Positions 12,411 through 25,231 of a stretch of DNA of 64,000 nucleotides are shown one piece after another. The notes below the pieces were generated by a model, which had not been told where the DNA came from, did not search any database, and saw only the letters and a program-made list of their open reading frames with translations. The first letter of the stretch is position 1; every line of letters starts with the position of its first letter. The position numbers and the translations under genes were made by a program. This DNA comes from Mobula hypostoma (Eukaryota), in NCBI RefSeq assembly GCF_963921235.1, contig NC_086097.1:9424001-9488000 (forward strand). The letters run 5' to 3'.

Positions 12411-12632
12411 TAGAGCACGACCAGACACAGAAGACGTCCTGGTCATCCACTGCGCCTAGTCCCATCTCCAGCCGTCTCGACTCTTGTCTTGCCGCTGGAT
12501 CCAGATGGGAATTGGGAACAGAGAGTGAGGCTGACGCTGCGCAACTCTCCCTCACTTAAATCCAAATCATGCGCTAGTCTCAACACCATCAACTAGTGTC
12601 AAGGTCTTCATCGACAAGGATGGACGAACATG
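12402..12632 (+). mobile_element. RTE-derived non-autonomous element, 5'-truncated
   Basis: Near-identical in inverted orientation to 35770-36010. Confidence 0.65.
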
Positions 12633-13084
12633 AATAGAACTATAGAAGTATAGAAGTTGTAGAACTATAGAACTATATATTACAGCCTGTGAGAACAAAT
12701 CATTTTTCCTATGCATCTACTGTCAAACGTTAGTATTCTAGCCAAGTTTAAAACAATTACATGGTGTCTCAGCCCATAATAATTACAGAGCTTCCAACAA
12801 AACAAGTCTCCAATTGCTTTGTTGCCTTTTTTGTGTGAGAAAATAATATTAGTGATATTCATTGGGCAGTGCATGCTGTAAACTCATGTTTCCTCAGTAA
12901 TATGGTATAGTCTGTCAGAGAACACGTTCATGCTGTCTGTGTATGTTAAATGGAATCCAGGGGATTTAAATACAAGATCCTTGAAATTCTACAGCACATA
13001 AAAAACATTGATTTGATGATCCATGAGAAGCCTGCGGCAGGTTTATTCAAGGCTGTATAAGAAAGATGTTCTAATAATTAAGTA

Positions 13085-13222
13085 CAGAAGAGATTCTACG
13101 GGTGCTGTGGGAATCCAGAACAACACACACAAAATGCTGGAGGATCTCAGCAGGTCAGGCAGCATCTATGGAAGTGAACAAGCAGTCAATGTTTTGGACT
13201 GAGACCCTTCATCAGGACTGGG
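13085..13222 (-). mobile_element. PLE terminal unit with a CpG-decayed hammerhead
   Basis: Minus strand reads cagtc-ctgatga-agggtctcagtcc-aaaacatt-gactg at 13183-13220. Confidence 0.8.
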
Positions 13223-13242
13223 AAATGAAGCAGCACAACAGC

Positions 13243-13520
13243 CTAGGGGTTAGCACAATGCTTTACAGTACTAGCAACCGGAGTTCATTTACCCACCTCC
13301 CCCCACCGCCTATTAGAGGTTTGTATGTTCTACCCGTGACTGCGTGAGGTTCATCCAAGTGCTTAAGTTTCTTTCCACATTCCAAAGGCGTCGGTAGGCT
13401 AATTGTTCATTGTAAATTGTCCCGTGATTAGGCTAGAGTTAAATCAAGTGATTGCTGGGCAATGCGGCTCAAAGGACCAGAAGGGCTTGCTCTGCACTGT
13501 ATCCCAATATTTAAAAAAAA
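13243..13520 (+). mobile_element. V-domain SINE
   Basis: V-domain tttgtatgttctacccgtgactgcgtg...ccacattccaaag, with the tail shared by other copies. Confidence 0.75.
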
Positions 13521-14784
13521 ACTACAATAAAACAATGGGGGAGGAGAAGGAGTACAAGGTAAAAGGTGATAGGTGAGACCAGGTAGGTGGAGGGTGAGGT
13601 AAGAAGCTAGGAGGTAATAGGTGCCTGTGATGTTGAGTCTGGGTAAGAACATGATCGAAGAGTTAGAGGGCAACAGAGATCATAGAGGGGGAACAGAGAG
13701 TGAGGGTTTCACTGAACTCCTGTCAAAGGGAAGAGTTAAACTTCTTCAGAGTAGGCATACCTCGAAGAGGCTTCGCTTTGAGATACTTTCTTATAATGTT
13801 GCTGATTGATAAATGTTGACCAGAAAGAATTCCTTTGCATGGATTTGTGATGTGAGATCTTTGATACATCTGTAGGAACAGATCTGTTGGTTAACTTTCA
13901 TTCAAGAGAAGGTGCTTGTCAAAGAGTGAAGCATTCCCACAGGATGATACTGAACTGTTATCATGATATTTATGCTCATATCTATGGAGTGAGACTAGAA
14001 TTCCATTAATTCAGCAACTCCACAAATAAATCACAGATCACCAAGTTGTATCACACCATACTGCCAATGTTACTGAGCAATTAGCAATTCAACTTATCTC
14101 GGGTCTCTTGATGTTTCTAATGCAAATCTCAGATGTTCTGATGATCTTTTGCAGTAACCTTTAGGAAGACAAAAAAGACTATTCATCCTACTTCACTTTG
14201 TAAAACAAGCTGACAGAGATCTTTATGCTATCATATTCATGTCAACATCAGTTAGAGAATGTATGAATTTGTAAAACATGTCTAGCTCTGGAACAAAGAG
14301 GAAGGTAGATTATAGGATTTACAACACAGAAGGAAGCTATTTCACACAAGGTGCTTGCAATGCTGTTGGTTGTTCATCTGGAGTTAATAAACCACTTCTT
14401 TTTATTCTTGCATTGGAAGCTTATAATTTCCTCAGAAAGCCTTTCACTGTTTCCAACTAGAGATCCACATGCTAAAGCATTTGTACTAATCACAAGTTAT
14501 ATGAACAAAGTTCCATTATTCCCTTCAGTCCTCGATAATAATTCTGAATTTTACAGCTCTTTATTTTCATGATCAGAACTGCTTTGTCCTTGATCCCACA
14601 AGATGTTTGCAACAAAAAAGTCTAGAGACTTTATGCATCTACAACTGTGAGGTGTTTCCTCAATATAAAAGCACTTCCACTTAAGGTGAAGATGAAGAAG
14701 AACAACTTCATTAAGTTGGCTGAGTCTCTAGAATTCATTACCCTAGGTATCTGTGAAGGTTTGGCCATTAATTTCAAAGTTCAA

Positions 14785-15023
14785 CGACTTTGTGTTGGTC
14801 ACAGGGCCAAGTGGTTAAGGCGGTCGTCTAGTTATCTCAAGGTCGCTGGTTCGAGCCTCAGCTGTGGCAGCATGTTTGTGTCCTTGAGCAAGGCACTTAA
14901 CCACACATTGCTCTAGTGTCTGTGCGAGGAGTGGCGCCCCACACAGACTTCCAATCTGCGCCTTGTAAGGCATGAAAATGCCCGATGCAGGCCTCTCATG
15001 GTCTGAGTCAACGTTCCCCCCCC
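14785..15023 (+). mobile_element. tRNA-headed CORE-like SINE (tail type A)
   Basis: A-box gggccaagtgg, B-box ggttcgagcc, CORE-like gtccttgagcaaggcacttaacc, and a 12-bp TSD TTCAAAGTTCAA. Confidence 0.85.
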
Positions 15024-15850
15024 TTCAAAGTTCAAAGTACATTTATTATTAAAGAATGTATATCATATGCAACCTTGAGATTCATTTTCTCGCAGGCAGC
15101 CACAAAACAAGAAAACACAATAAAACTCATTTTTTAAAAAAACCCATGCAACAAAGATTATCAAACACTGAATATGCAAAACAAAAGAACAAGTCGTGCA
15201 AGTAATATAAAAGTAAAGAAATAACACACAGAACATGAACTGCAGAGTCCCCGAAAGTGAGTCCACAACCACAGAGATAGTTCAACGTTGCAGCCAGTCC
15301 ACGAGCCCGATAGATGCAGGCCACAGCCACAGAGCCAGTTCATTGCTGAGGTGAATGCTGATGGCTGCAGGTCACAGCCACAGAGTCAGTTCAGGCTGAG
15401 GGGAGTAAGCTTCCTAGAGTAGTCAGTCGAACATCGGTTCATCCTTTGCTCTCATTCTTTTTGTGGTGATTATTTTAATCTGGCTCATCAAATATTGGCT
15501 CATGTCTACCTTTGTGCTCGGGTCCTTCCTCTTGATCCGGCCCTAAGCCCTCTCCAACAATGACCAAACATTGGTTCACTTTCTATTCTTGGGCCTGGGG
15601 CCTGCCACTTCGATCTGGCCCCAAGCCCACTCCAGCAATGGTCACCGAAGCTGTAACCCAAATTCTCAAGAGTATAGTTTGTGAATTCTTCACAATACCA
15701 CAAAAACACCAGGTTGTACAGACAGTTCAAAAGCCCAGTTCCCAAAGGGAAATAACAGACTGGGTTGCAGTCATTGTAGTGCAGAAAAGGTGTAATTAAT
15801 AGAATTGTTGGTAGTTTTGTATGTCGTCTGCAATGCGTTGCCATATCTCA
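15024..15850 (-). mobile_element. Non-coding LINE-derived element with a Rex1-like tail
   Basis: The tail aaagttcaaagtacatttatta is shared with 26066 and 10660-10680. Confidence 0.5.
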
Positions 15851-16357
15851 CCAATGCCATATATTCAATGCTGAGGTGAATTTTTAGAAATGAAGGAGAA
15901 ATGACAAGTAATTGGAGGTTAAAGCCAATGAGAAATTCAGTAAATCATTATGAGTGGAGGAGAGTCAAGATGCTATGCATTTTATTCCAGCTGTGATGCA
16001 TTTTGTTCTAATGAAAAGGGATGAAGTTTTGTCTCATATGTTCAGCTATTATCTGGTTCTTCGGGCAGACTTCGAGTGAATCCTCATGGCCCCAATATAC
16101 TGATTATAAAATCTTCCTCTGGTGACCTGATTAGTCCATTGGATATGCTCCTTCTTTCAATGAAAATCAGCAGATTCCTTTACAAGAAAATATTTGCATT
16201 TTATGTCACAAGTATTGATGCCTCCTTCAGATTAGTTGAAACAATTTCAACTAACTTCCTCCATTGATTTAAACATTCCTTTGCGATATTTGACCTAAGC
16301 AAAATTTACAAATCTAAAGCTAGACAAACTGTGAATGTAACTCTTTGAGAGACATCA

Positions 16358-16610
16358 GACCATAAGATATAAGAGCAGAATTAAGCCATCTGTCCCATTG
16401 CGTCTGTATCGGCATTTCATCATTGCTGATTTGATGTTTCCTCTCAACACCAATCTCCTGTATTCTCCCCGTGTCCCTTCATGTCCAGACTAATCAATAA
16501 TCTATCAACTTCTACCCAATAGCTTGGCCTCCACAGCAGCCAGTGGCAACAAATTCCACAGATTTACTAATCTCTGGCTCAAGAGGTTTCTCCTCATCCC
16601 AGTTCTAACC
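16358..16610 (-). mobile_element. CR1 3' fragment
   Basis: agaccataagatataagagcagaa matches the CR1 3' end at 51415-51690. Confidence 0.75.
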
Positions 16611-16895
16611 AAATTAAATGAAGGCAAATTTGGGCTTTTCCTTTTCATTTTTTTGGGTTGACAATGCTTTCTTTGAATTGCATATCTACAGTGCCAGTTG
16701 CCTCTGAATGTTCAAGTACATTCACTGGAACAAAGTAATTCACAGAGATGGTCTAAAAGCTTCTGGGGATGGGGATCCTCGACACTCAAAATTAATGTTG
16801 CTTAGGACTGACTCTCTAAGTACACAAATCTCCCAAATATCATCACTTATGAGTTTTTTTGTGGCAGCACTACATTGCAATATATAAGATTACAA

Positions 16896-16963
16896 CAGTA
16901 CTGTGCAAAAATCTTAGGCACCTTTGCTGGATATATGTGCTTGAGACTTTTGCATAGTCTTGT
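16896..16963. mobile_element. ~70-bp palindromic Tc1-type MITE
   Basis: cagtactgtgcaaaaatcttaggcac ... gtgcttgagacttttgcatagtcttgta; the same terminus occurs at 24209-24600 and 24965. Confidence 0.65.
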
Positions 16964-17282
16964 ACATATAATAAATAAATGAATCTGAATTCAGGAAAAA
17001 TAAATTTGAAGGTTGACGCTGCAGTTCTAGCCTATTTCATTAGCAAATTGTTTACTCAAAACAAATTAAGATACTGCAGATGCTGGAAATCTGAAATTTA
17101 AAAAATGTTGGAAATAGTCAGTCAAACAGCATCTCTGGAGAGTGAAGGAGATCAAACATGCTGGGATGATTCACATTTCATTACTATAGCTTTTAATGAA
17201 AAGTCATTAATCTGATTCTATTTCTCTCTCCACTAATGCTATCTGGCATCGTGCATTTCCAGTATTTTTGATTTTTATTGCT

Positions 17283-17392
17283 CAGTTCTGATGAAAGGTC
17301 TTGGCCTGAATTGTCAACTGTTTGCTCATTTCCATAGATGCTGCCCGACCTGCTGAGGTCCTCCAGCATTTTGTGTGTGTTGCTTTGGATTT
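17283..17392 (+). mobile_element. PLE terminal unit with a hammerhead relic
   Basis: cagtt-ctgatga-aaggtcttggcct-gaatt-gtc-aactg, followed by the terminal repeat. Confidence 0.75.
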
Positions 17393-17454
17393 ACATTCTT
17401 ATTTTTATCCTATTTGTCTATTATACTTACGGCATATCAAAGTTTTATATATTC

Positions 17455-17510
17455 GTGTGTGTGTGTGCGTGTGTGTGTGTGCGTGTGTGTGTGTGTGCGT
17501 GTGTGTGTGC

Positions 17511-17543
<33 letters not shown>
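17455..17543. repeat. (GT)n/(GC) microsatellite
   Basis: Visible directly in the sequence. Confidence 0.95.
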
Positions 17544-17546
<3 letters not shown>

Positions 17547-18119
17547 TGGTTGATAAAATCCAATACAAACATGTGACCCTCTTCAACTCTTTGTTATTAT
17601 GTCCTCAGAGAAGTTAGTTAAGCAGAATTTTCCATTTAAAAAAAAATATTATTGACTGTACTTGAATAATCTGCATTTTCCTAAATACTGATTTTTGGTG
17701 TCATTTAAATATATTCCTAATAACTATCCCCAGCTGATGATTGGCTAACAGGGCTTTATTTCCATGATTTATCCTTTTTTTTAAATCAGAGATTACTCAT
17801 CTTCCCGCACCCCCACAACAAACCCATAGCCAATGGGGAGTGAAAAATTAATTGTCTGAGTCCATGCTATTTCTTTCCTTGGTTCTTATTGGAAAGTTCA
17901 ATGTGAAACTGTCCCAATTCCCCCAACAATCTGATTTAATATTTTCCAGGGTTACATCTGCGATGCTGGAAAAGTTACCATCAAGGAGGAGGTACAGGAA
18001 GCTAAGACACACACTCATTGTTGTATGAACAATGCCATCAGATTTCTGAATGGACAATGAACCCACCAACACTACCTACTTATTCATTTTTCTCTTATTG
18101 CACTACTTAATTAATTTAA

Positions 18120-18120
18120 T

Positions 18121-18170
<50 letters not shown>
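18120..18170. repeat. (TA)n(TG)n microsatellite
   Basis: Visible directly in the sequence. Confidence 0.95.
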
Positions 18171-18632
18171 CAAGTATGTGTATATATGGCTAGGGCACGT
18201 AGATAATTTTTATGCATTGCACTGTAATGCTGTCACAAAAAAAACAAATTTTGTCACATATGATAATAAACCCAATTCTGATATGGGTCTGTATTGTGCA
18301 CTGAGAGTGGGAAGGGGGCAAGGAGTGGGGAATAATGGCTGGGAAAAGTGGAAAGGAGATGGGAGGGAGCAGGAAGCACCAGAGAGATATTCTGTAATGA
18401 TCAATAAACTAATTGTTTGGAATCATAACACCTTGCCTGGTGTCTCAGGGCTGGGTGTGTCTGCACCCGTGACATACCCTGCCCTTGGCACTCTTTCTCT
18501 TCCACCTGTCCTACAGCACACCACCCTCGCCATTCCCAACATCTTTTGCTCCTGTCAGATTTCTGAACTTATATATAGTGCCTGTAATTTATAGAGATTA
18601 TTATGTATTTTTTATGTTGTACATTTTATGTT

Positions 18633-18948
18633 GTGTGGGCACATGGTCAAGAGGTTAAGGCATTTGACTAGCGATCTGAAGGTCGTGAGTTCGAGCCCCA
18701 GCTGAGGCAGCGTGTTGTATCCTTGAGCAAGGCACTTAACCACACAGTGCTCTGCGACGACACTGGTGCCAGGCTGTATCGGTCCCTGCCCTTCACTTGG
18801 ACAACATCGGTGTTGTGGAGAGGGGAGACTTACAGCATGGGCAACTGCCCATCTTCCATACAACCTTGCCCAGGCCTGCGCCCTGGAGAGTGAAGACTTT
18901 CCAGGCGCAGATCCATGGTCTCGCAAGACTAACGGATGCCTTAATTTA
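18633..18948 (+). mobile_element. tRNA-headed CORE-like SINE (RTE-type tail B)
   Basis: B-box gagttcgagcc, CORE-like body and TSD TTATGTT. Near-identical to 24228-24538. Confidence 0.85.
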
Positions 18949-19904
18949 TTATGTTTTACAATGTACTACTGCTACATAACAACAAATTTCACGACATATG
19001 CCAGTGATATTAATCCTGATTCTGATTGTGATGTAAGTGTTATATATTTCTATAAGCAATGCTTTTCAATATGTTAGCAGCAACAATGTTAAAGGAACTT
19101 AATTCGATTTGCACAAAAGACTTGACTTAATACCGGAGCTAAAAAAAAATGACATTAAAGCAATTTAAAGTAAATCTTGCTGAAAATGAAAATTGCAACC
19201 CCAAAGAAACAAACTGCCAGCTTCATTTTTGCACCGATAAAAATGTCTTTGTAGCTCTCAAGCTCGGTTTGTGCACTGATTTGTTTCGCTGGCAGTGGTT
19301 TAGGTGAAGTACATTGATGAGATATAACTTTGACAATTTTGAACTACAACCGAGGTAAACTAGGAGAGAGAGAAAAACATTACAGCTTCTTTCATTGGCA
19401 AACCTAACAAGGATTTACAGCTCTATCCATTTACGGAGAAATAATACGAGCAATTTCTAGCTGCTTTAATGCCAATGTTTTATTTCCCCTGCAGGTGTAA
19501 CCTTCTTGGAAGAGCAAAGTCCTCCCCACCATTGAGCACGTTTACATGCAGCACTGCCACAGGAAAGCAGAATCCACCATCAAGGACACCCGCCAGTGTG
19601 GTGACGCTCTTTTCTCACCATTACCATCAGGCAGGAAGTATGAGACCCTTAGGTGCCACACCACCAGGTTCGGGAACAGTTATTATCCTTCAACTTTCAG
19701 GTTCCTGAAACAGAAAGGATAACCACACTCACCACAACTACAAGAGTGGACTGATTCCACAGCCTGTTTTGTTTCATTTGCACAATTTGTCTTCTTTTGC
19801 TCATTGGTTATTTGTCAGTCTTTGTTAGTGTATCATTATCATCATCATTATGATGATGACGCATAATGCTGATAATGATAATGACATATCATTATGCACC
19901 TCAT

Positions 19905-20800
19905 CATGCACAATACTTCCTTTGCAACTGGGTCCTGGAACTCCTCACTTGCAGACCCCAGTCAGTTCATCTTGGCAACAACATCTCTGCCAAGATCTCT
20001 ACCAGCAGAGTTGCAGCACAAGCCTGCTTGCTCCACTCACTCCACTGTGTGGAGAAGCAGAGCTTCAACATCATATTCATGTTTGCTGAAGGCACCACTG
20101 TTGTAGGGCGAATCAGCATATAGGAGAGAATTTGAAAAGCTGGCTGAGTGGTGTGATAACAACAACCTTTCGCTCAATGTCAGCAAGACTAAGGAACAGA
20201 TTATTGACTTCAGGAGAAGAAAAATCACAGGTCAATGAGTCAGTCCTCATTGGGGGATCAGTATTTGAGAGTCTCAGCAACTTTAATTCTTAGGTGTTAT
20301 TATTTCAAAGGATCTGTCCTGTCCCTAGCTCCTAAGTGTATTTACGAAGAAAGTACAGCAGCTCCTCTACTTCCTTAGGAGTCCGAGGAGATTCTGCATG
20401 ACATCTAAAACTTTGACAAACTTCTATTTATGTGCACTTGAGGGTATAATGACTGACTGCATCACAGCCTGGTATGAAACACCAATACCCCTGAATGAAA
20501 AATCCTACAAAAAGTGATGGATACATCCCAGTCCATCATGGTCAAGCCCTCCCCAGCAGTGAGCACATCAATATTGAGCATTATCTCAGGAAAGCAGTAT
20601 CCATCATTATGGACTCTTTCCACCCAGGACATGCTCACTTCTCACTGCCATCAGGAAGAATGTACAAGAACCTCAGGAAATGCACCACCAGGCATAGGAG
20701 CAATTATTACCCCTCAACCAATAGGAGACAACTTCACTCAACTTCATTTGACCCATCGTTGAAGTGTTCCCACAACCAATCGACTCAATTTCAAGGACTC
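19905..20800 (+). mobile_element. Decayed Rex1/Babar LINE (RT to 3' end)
   Basis: CNWVLELLTCRPQSV, FAEGTTVVGRIS and LPSGRMYK; homologous to the RT at 54445-55650. Confidence 0.8.
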
Positions 20801-20805
20801 TTCAT

Positions 20806-22870
20806 GGACCTCAGATTACAACAGGAAACAGAAAAGGCATATCAAAAAATATTATGATAGTCATGGAAGATTTTAACATACAGGTCGATTGGGAAAATCA
20901 GGTTGGTAATGGATCTCAAGAGAGTGAATCTGCTGAATGCCTATATGTAACTCTTGCTTCGACTAGTGACTTAATATAGGGGGTGTTAGCCCCTGGCCTG
21001 GCCAAACTTAAGAAATCTTGTTTGGGTGGATGTTGTGTGGTGTGTCCCCTGTTACAAATCAGTAACCTGAAATAACAAACAGTACACAATATGCAATTTA
21101 ACGATTGAGCTTTATAATTCTTACTTTGACTATATGGTTAGTGAAAAAACAAAAAAAAAGAAAAAGGGCCCATTCTCCTGAAACAGTCTATTGTGCAATG
21201 TTGGAACTCACTGATGAGCCGGTTGTCCACCATTGCCCTCTTCCGATCGTCGCTGACCTTCAGACCCTCACTCCAAGTCGGCAGTCTACCAACTCTTTCC
21301 ATTCCTGTCTTCGCTCCTCATCTCTCCCCGGCAAAAGGCCACAAAAATCTCTCTTCCAGACTCACAAGAAAGAACAACAGCATTCCAAACCCTGTTATCT
21401 CTAGTCATAACCCAAACATTGCTGCTACAGAGAAACCATTACATTCTCAGTGATACCCTACAGCATGTTACACCTACGAGATATCTTTTTAGAGCAGTTT
21501 GTCGTTGATCCTACTAGGGGATCAGCTATACTGGATTGGGTGCTACTTAATGAACTGGAGGCAATTAGGGAGCTTAAGGTAAAGGAACCATTAGAAGGCA
21601 ATGATCACAATATGATTGAGTTCAACTTGAAATTTGATAGAGAGAATGTAACATCTGATGTAGCAGTATTTCAGTGGAGTAAAATAAATTACAGTGATAT
21701 GAGAGTGGAGCTGGCCAAAATAAATTGGAAGGAGATGCTGGCAGGAATGACAGCAGAGCAGCAATGGCATGAGTTTCTGGGAAAATGAGGAAACTGCAAG
21801 ATAGATGTATTTCAAAAACAAAGAAATATTAAATGGCAAAATAGTACAACTGTGGCTGAGAAGGGGAGTCAAAGCTAATGTAAAAAAACAAAAGAAGGGC
21901 ATACAACAAAGAAAAAATTCGTGGGGAGAGAGAGGATGAGGGAGCTTTTAAAAATCTATAGAAAGCAATTAAAAGAATCTTTAGGAGGGAAAAGATGAAA
22001 TATGAAAGCAAGCTAGCAAACTATATAAAGGTGTATAGAAAAAACATTTTCAAGTATATGAAAAGATAAAAGAGATGTGAGTGGATATAGGACAACTAGA
22101 AAATGAGGCCAAATAAATAATAATGCAGGACAAGGAGATGACAGATGAACCAAGTGAGCATTTTGCATCAGTCTTCACTGAGGAAGACACTAGCAGTGTG
22201 CCAGGTGTTGAAGGGTGTGAGGGAAGAGAAGTGAGTGCAGTTACTATTACAAGAGAGAAGGTGCTCAGAAAGTTGAAAGACCTAAGAGTACATAAGTGAT
22301 CCGGACCAGATGAACTGCATCCTAGGCTTCTGAACGACTCAGCAGTCGAGATTGTAAAGGCATTAGTAATAATCTTGCAAAAATCATTGGATTCTGGCAT
22401 GGTACTGAAGGAATGGAAAATTGCAAAAGTCACTCTACTCTTTAAGAAAGGAGGGATGCAGCAAAAAGGAAATTATAGACCAGTTAGCCTGACCTCAGTA
22501 GTTGGGAAGATGTTAGAGTCAATTGTTAAGGATGAGGTGATTAAGTACTTGGTGACACAGGACAAGATAGTACAAAGCCAGCACAGTTTCTTTCATGGAA
22601 AATCCTTTCTGACGAACCTGTTGGAATTTTTTGAGAAGATTGCAAAATAAAGGGGATGCAATGGATGTTTTATACTTGGTCTTTCAGAAGTCCTTTGACA
22701 AAGTGCCACACATGAGGCTGCTTACCAAGTTAATAGCCCATGATATTACAGGAAAGTTACTAACATGGTTAGAGCATTGACTGATTGGTTGGAGGCAGCG
22801 AGTGGAAATAAAAGGATCCTTTTCTGGCAGCCAGTGACTAGTATTCCGCAGGCGTCGGTGTTGGGGACCA
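20806..22870 (+). mobile_element. Decayed CR1 LINE (endonuclease to RT) interrupted by a solo LTR
   Basis: VMEDFNIQVDWENQ, LEQFVVDPTRGSAILDWVL and WKIAKVTLLFKKG..NYRPVSLTSVVGK. Confidence 0.9.
20946..21472 (-). mobile_element. Gypsy solo LTR
   Basis: TGTAAC...GTTACA termini, homologous to 38660-39382, with CCTA repeated at the flanks. Confidence 0.85.
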
Positions 22871-22874
22871 CTGC

Positions 22875-23240
22875 CCTACAGCTTATAGTGCTAGTACTAC
22901 CTTGGTTTGTCCTCACAAAGTGCAACATCTCACACATGTCTGCATCAAGTTTCATCTGCCATTTTTCCAGCTGGTCCTAGTCCCGCTGCAAATTTTGATA
23001 GCCTTCCTTGCTGTTTAATACAGCCCAATCTTGGCAAATTTGCTGATCTAACATACCACATTATCATCCAGACAAACACAATGGGCCCAGCATTGATCAC
23101 CACAGCACACCACTAGTCGCAGGCCTCCAGTCAAAGAGCTAACCATTGCTACCACTCTCTGGCCTCCCACAAAAAACTAATGCCTAATCCAATTTACTAC
23201 CTCATCTTGAATGTCAATGGACTGAACTTTTTTAACCATT
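22875..23240 (-). mobile_element. CR1 RT fragment
   Basis: Minus strand reads MKLDADMCEMLHFVRTN, the CR1 'W.M.FN..KC.V.HFG' region. Confidence 0.6.
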
Positions 23241-24208
23241 ATTAGCATGATTTCTTTTTTGTCTGTTAATCTTCATCTTCAGATATTTTTAGTTGAATAC
23301 ATGTTTCAACTGGATGTATTCACATTTCATTTGAAATTTCCTCGACCATCTGGCAACAATTTGATCTTTGTTAAATGTTTTGGCAGACCTCCTTATTGTT
23401 TTCCATACTTTCGACTGTGTCCTCAAGATGGTCAATCCCAAAAATAATCTGCACGTGTCCATTACTGGCCCCTGGGGTACTCAAGTTCCAAAGGTTTTCC
23501 AATTCAAGCAATAAGCTTTAAATGCAAACCTTTGTTTCCCGTCCAATAACAAATTCCCCTTTCCATACTTTGGGTAGTTTTATAATAACATAGCCTTTCA
23601 ATATTGAAACAGTGATTAATTTGATGAGAAGTCCTAATAGCCACCCTAGCCAATGGGTCATTATACTCAAAGGTAATAAGCCCTGATATCTAATGCTAAT
23701 CAATGGGTCTATGCCACGCACTGCACTACAGCACCCACTTGTACTTTTGCAGCTGAACAAATAGCTGTTTGGTCTTCCCTCCCCAGCAGGCTCCCAGAAT
23801 GTCAGTGATAGAATATTCTCAACAAAAAAAAACACATGCCGAGTGGAGCACTATCCAACTCTTTGAAGTACCTGTGAGGCATTACATGAATTACATGGAA
23901 TTTACAGCATAAAAGTACTTGGCCAACTGTTCCTTGCCAAATTTTATTCTCCAGATAAGCTTCTTCCCACCCTGATTGTATTTAATGCTTTGGTCTCTCC
24001 TCAGTATCAAGGAAGCTTTAAAACCTGTGCTGTTCTGTGTGGAAATGTGTCTCATCTTCTTACTACCTTTTGGTGAGTTATTAGAATTAATAAGCAACTT
24101 AAGAACAATTTAATTTATAATGTCATGCTACCCCAAAAGCATCCCTACTTCATCCATCCTCAAAAGATGAGCAGACCCAGTGGGCCGAATGTGCTTATTC
24201 TGCTTCCA

Positions 24209-25002
24209 CAGTACTGTATAAAAGTCTTTTTATAGGCATCCATTAGTCTCATGAGACCATGGATTTGCGCCTTGGAAAGTTTCCAGGGTACAGGCCTGGG
24301 CAAGGTTGTATGGAAGACCAGCAGTTGCCCATGCTGCAAGTCTCCCCTCTCCATGCCACCGATGTTGTCCAAGGGAAGGGCATTAGGACCCATACAGCTT
24401 GGCACCGGTGTTGTCACAGAGCAATGTGTGGTTAAGTGCCTTGCTCAAGGAAACAACACGCTGCCTCAGTCAAGTCTCGAACTAGCGACCTTCAAATCAC
24501 TAGACGAACGTCTTAACCACTCGGCCATGCGCCAACACTATAAAAGTCTGAGGCAACACATATATAGGTAGGGTGCCTAAGACTTCTGCACAGTACTGTA
24601 CTAATTTTATGTATTACACTGTACTGTCAGAAATTTCATGACGCATGTGAGTAATGATAAACCTGATTCTGATATGAGTCTCTATTGTGGACTGAGTGGG
24701 AATGGGGTAGGGAGACGGGAATTATGGTTGGGTAAGGGAGAGAAGGAAGAGGGGAGGAAGCGGGAAGCACTAGAGAGATATTCTGTAATGACCAACAAAC
24801 CAATTGTTTGGTCTCAAATTACCTTAGGGTTGGGTGTGTCTGCACTGCTGCCAGCCCCCTCCTGTCCCTGGCACTCCTTCCCATGGTGTTCCGCACTTGC
24901 CATTCCCAACATTGTGTGCTCTGGCCAGATTTACAAACTCACCTTCTGCTCCATGTTGACAAATACAGCACTGTGCAAAAGTCTTGGATACCTTAGCTAT
25001 AT
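24209..25002. mobile_element. Compound Tc1-type MITE (mini-palindromes flanking captured sequence)
   Basis: cagtactgt(g/a)caaaagtct termini at 24209, ~24575-24600 and 24965. The interior 24600-24960 is homologous to 18200-18565. Confidence 0.6.
24228..24538 (-). mobile_element. tRNA-headed CORE-like SINE (tail B)
   Basis: 11-bp TSD TATAAAAGTCT (24217-24227, 24539-24549) and A-box tggccgagtgg on the minus strand. Confidence 0.9.
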
Positions 25003-25231
25003 TGTTTTAAAACCCGAAAAAAATTATCTTACATCTATCTCTAATGATCACAATTAAATGGTCAAAATTTCAAAGTATGTTTATTATCTAAGTACATATA
25101 TGTTACCAAATACTGCACTGTGATTCTTTTTTTTGGGGCATTCACAGTAAATACAAATAAACACAATAGAATCACAATTAATTGTGATAATTAGAGATAG
25201 ATAGCCAATGCTATAAGTTAGCACAACCATT

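Noticed and set aside
14795..14870. Possible tRNA genes (also ~18635 and ~24465-24535)
   Set aside because: The A/B boxes run straight into a SINE body with TSDs, and the acceptor stem is imperfect.
17322..17617. Cys/Val-rich ORFs (also 18130-18594)
   Set aside because: These are translations of (GT)n microsatellites.
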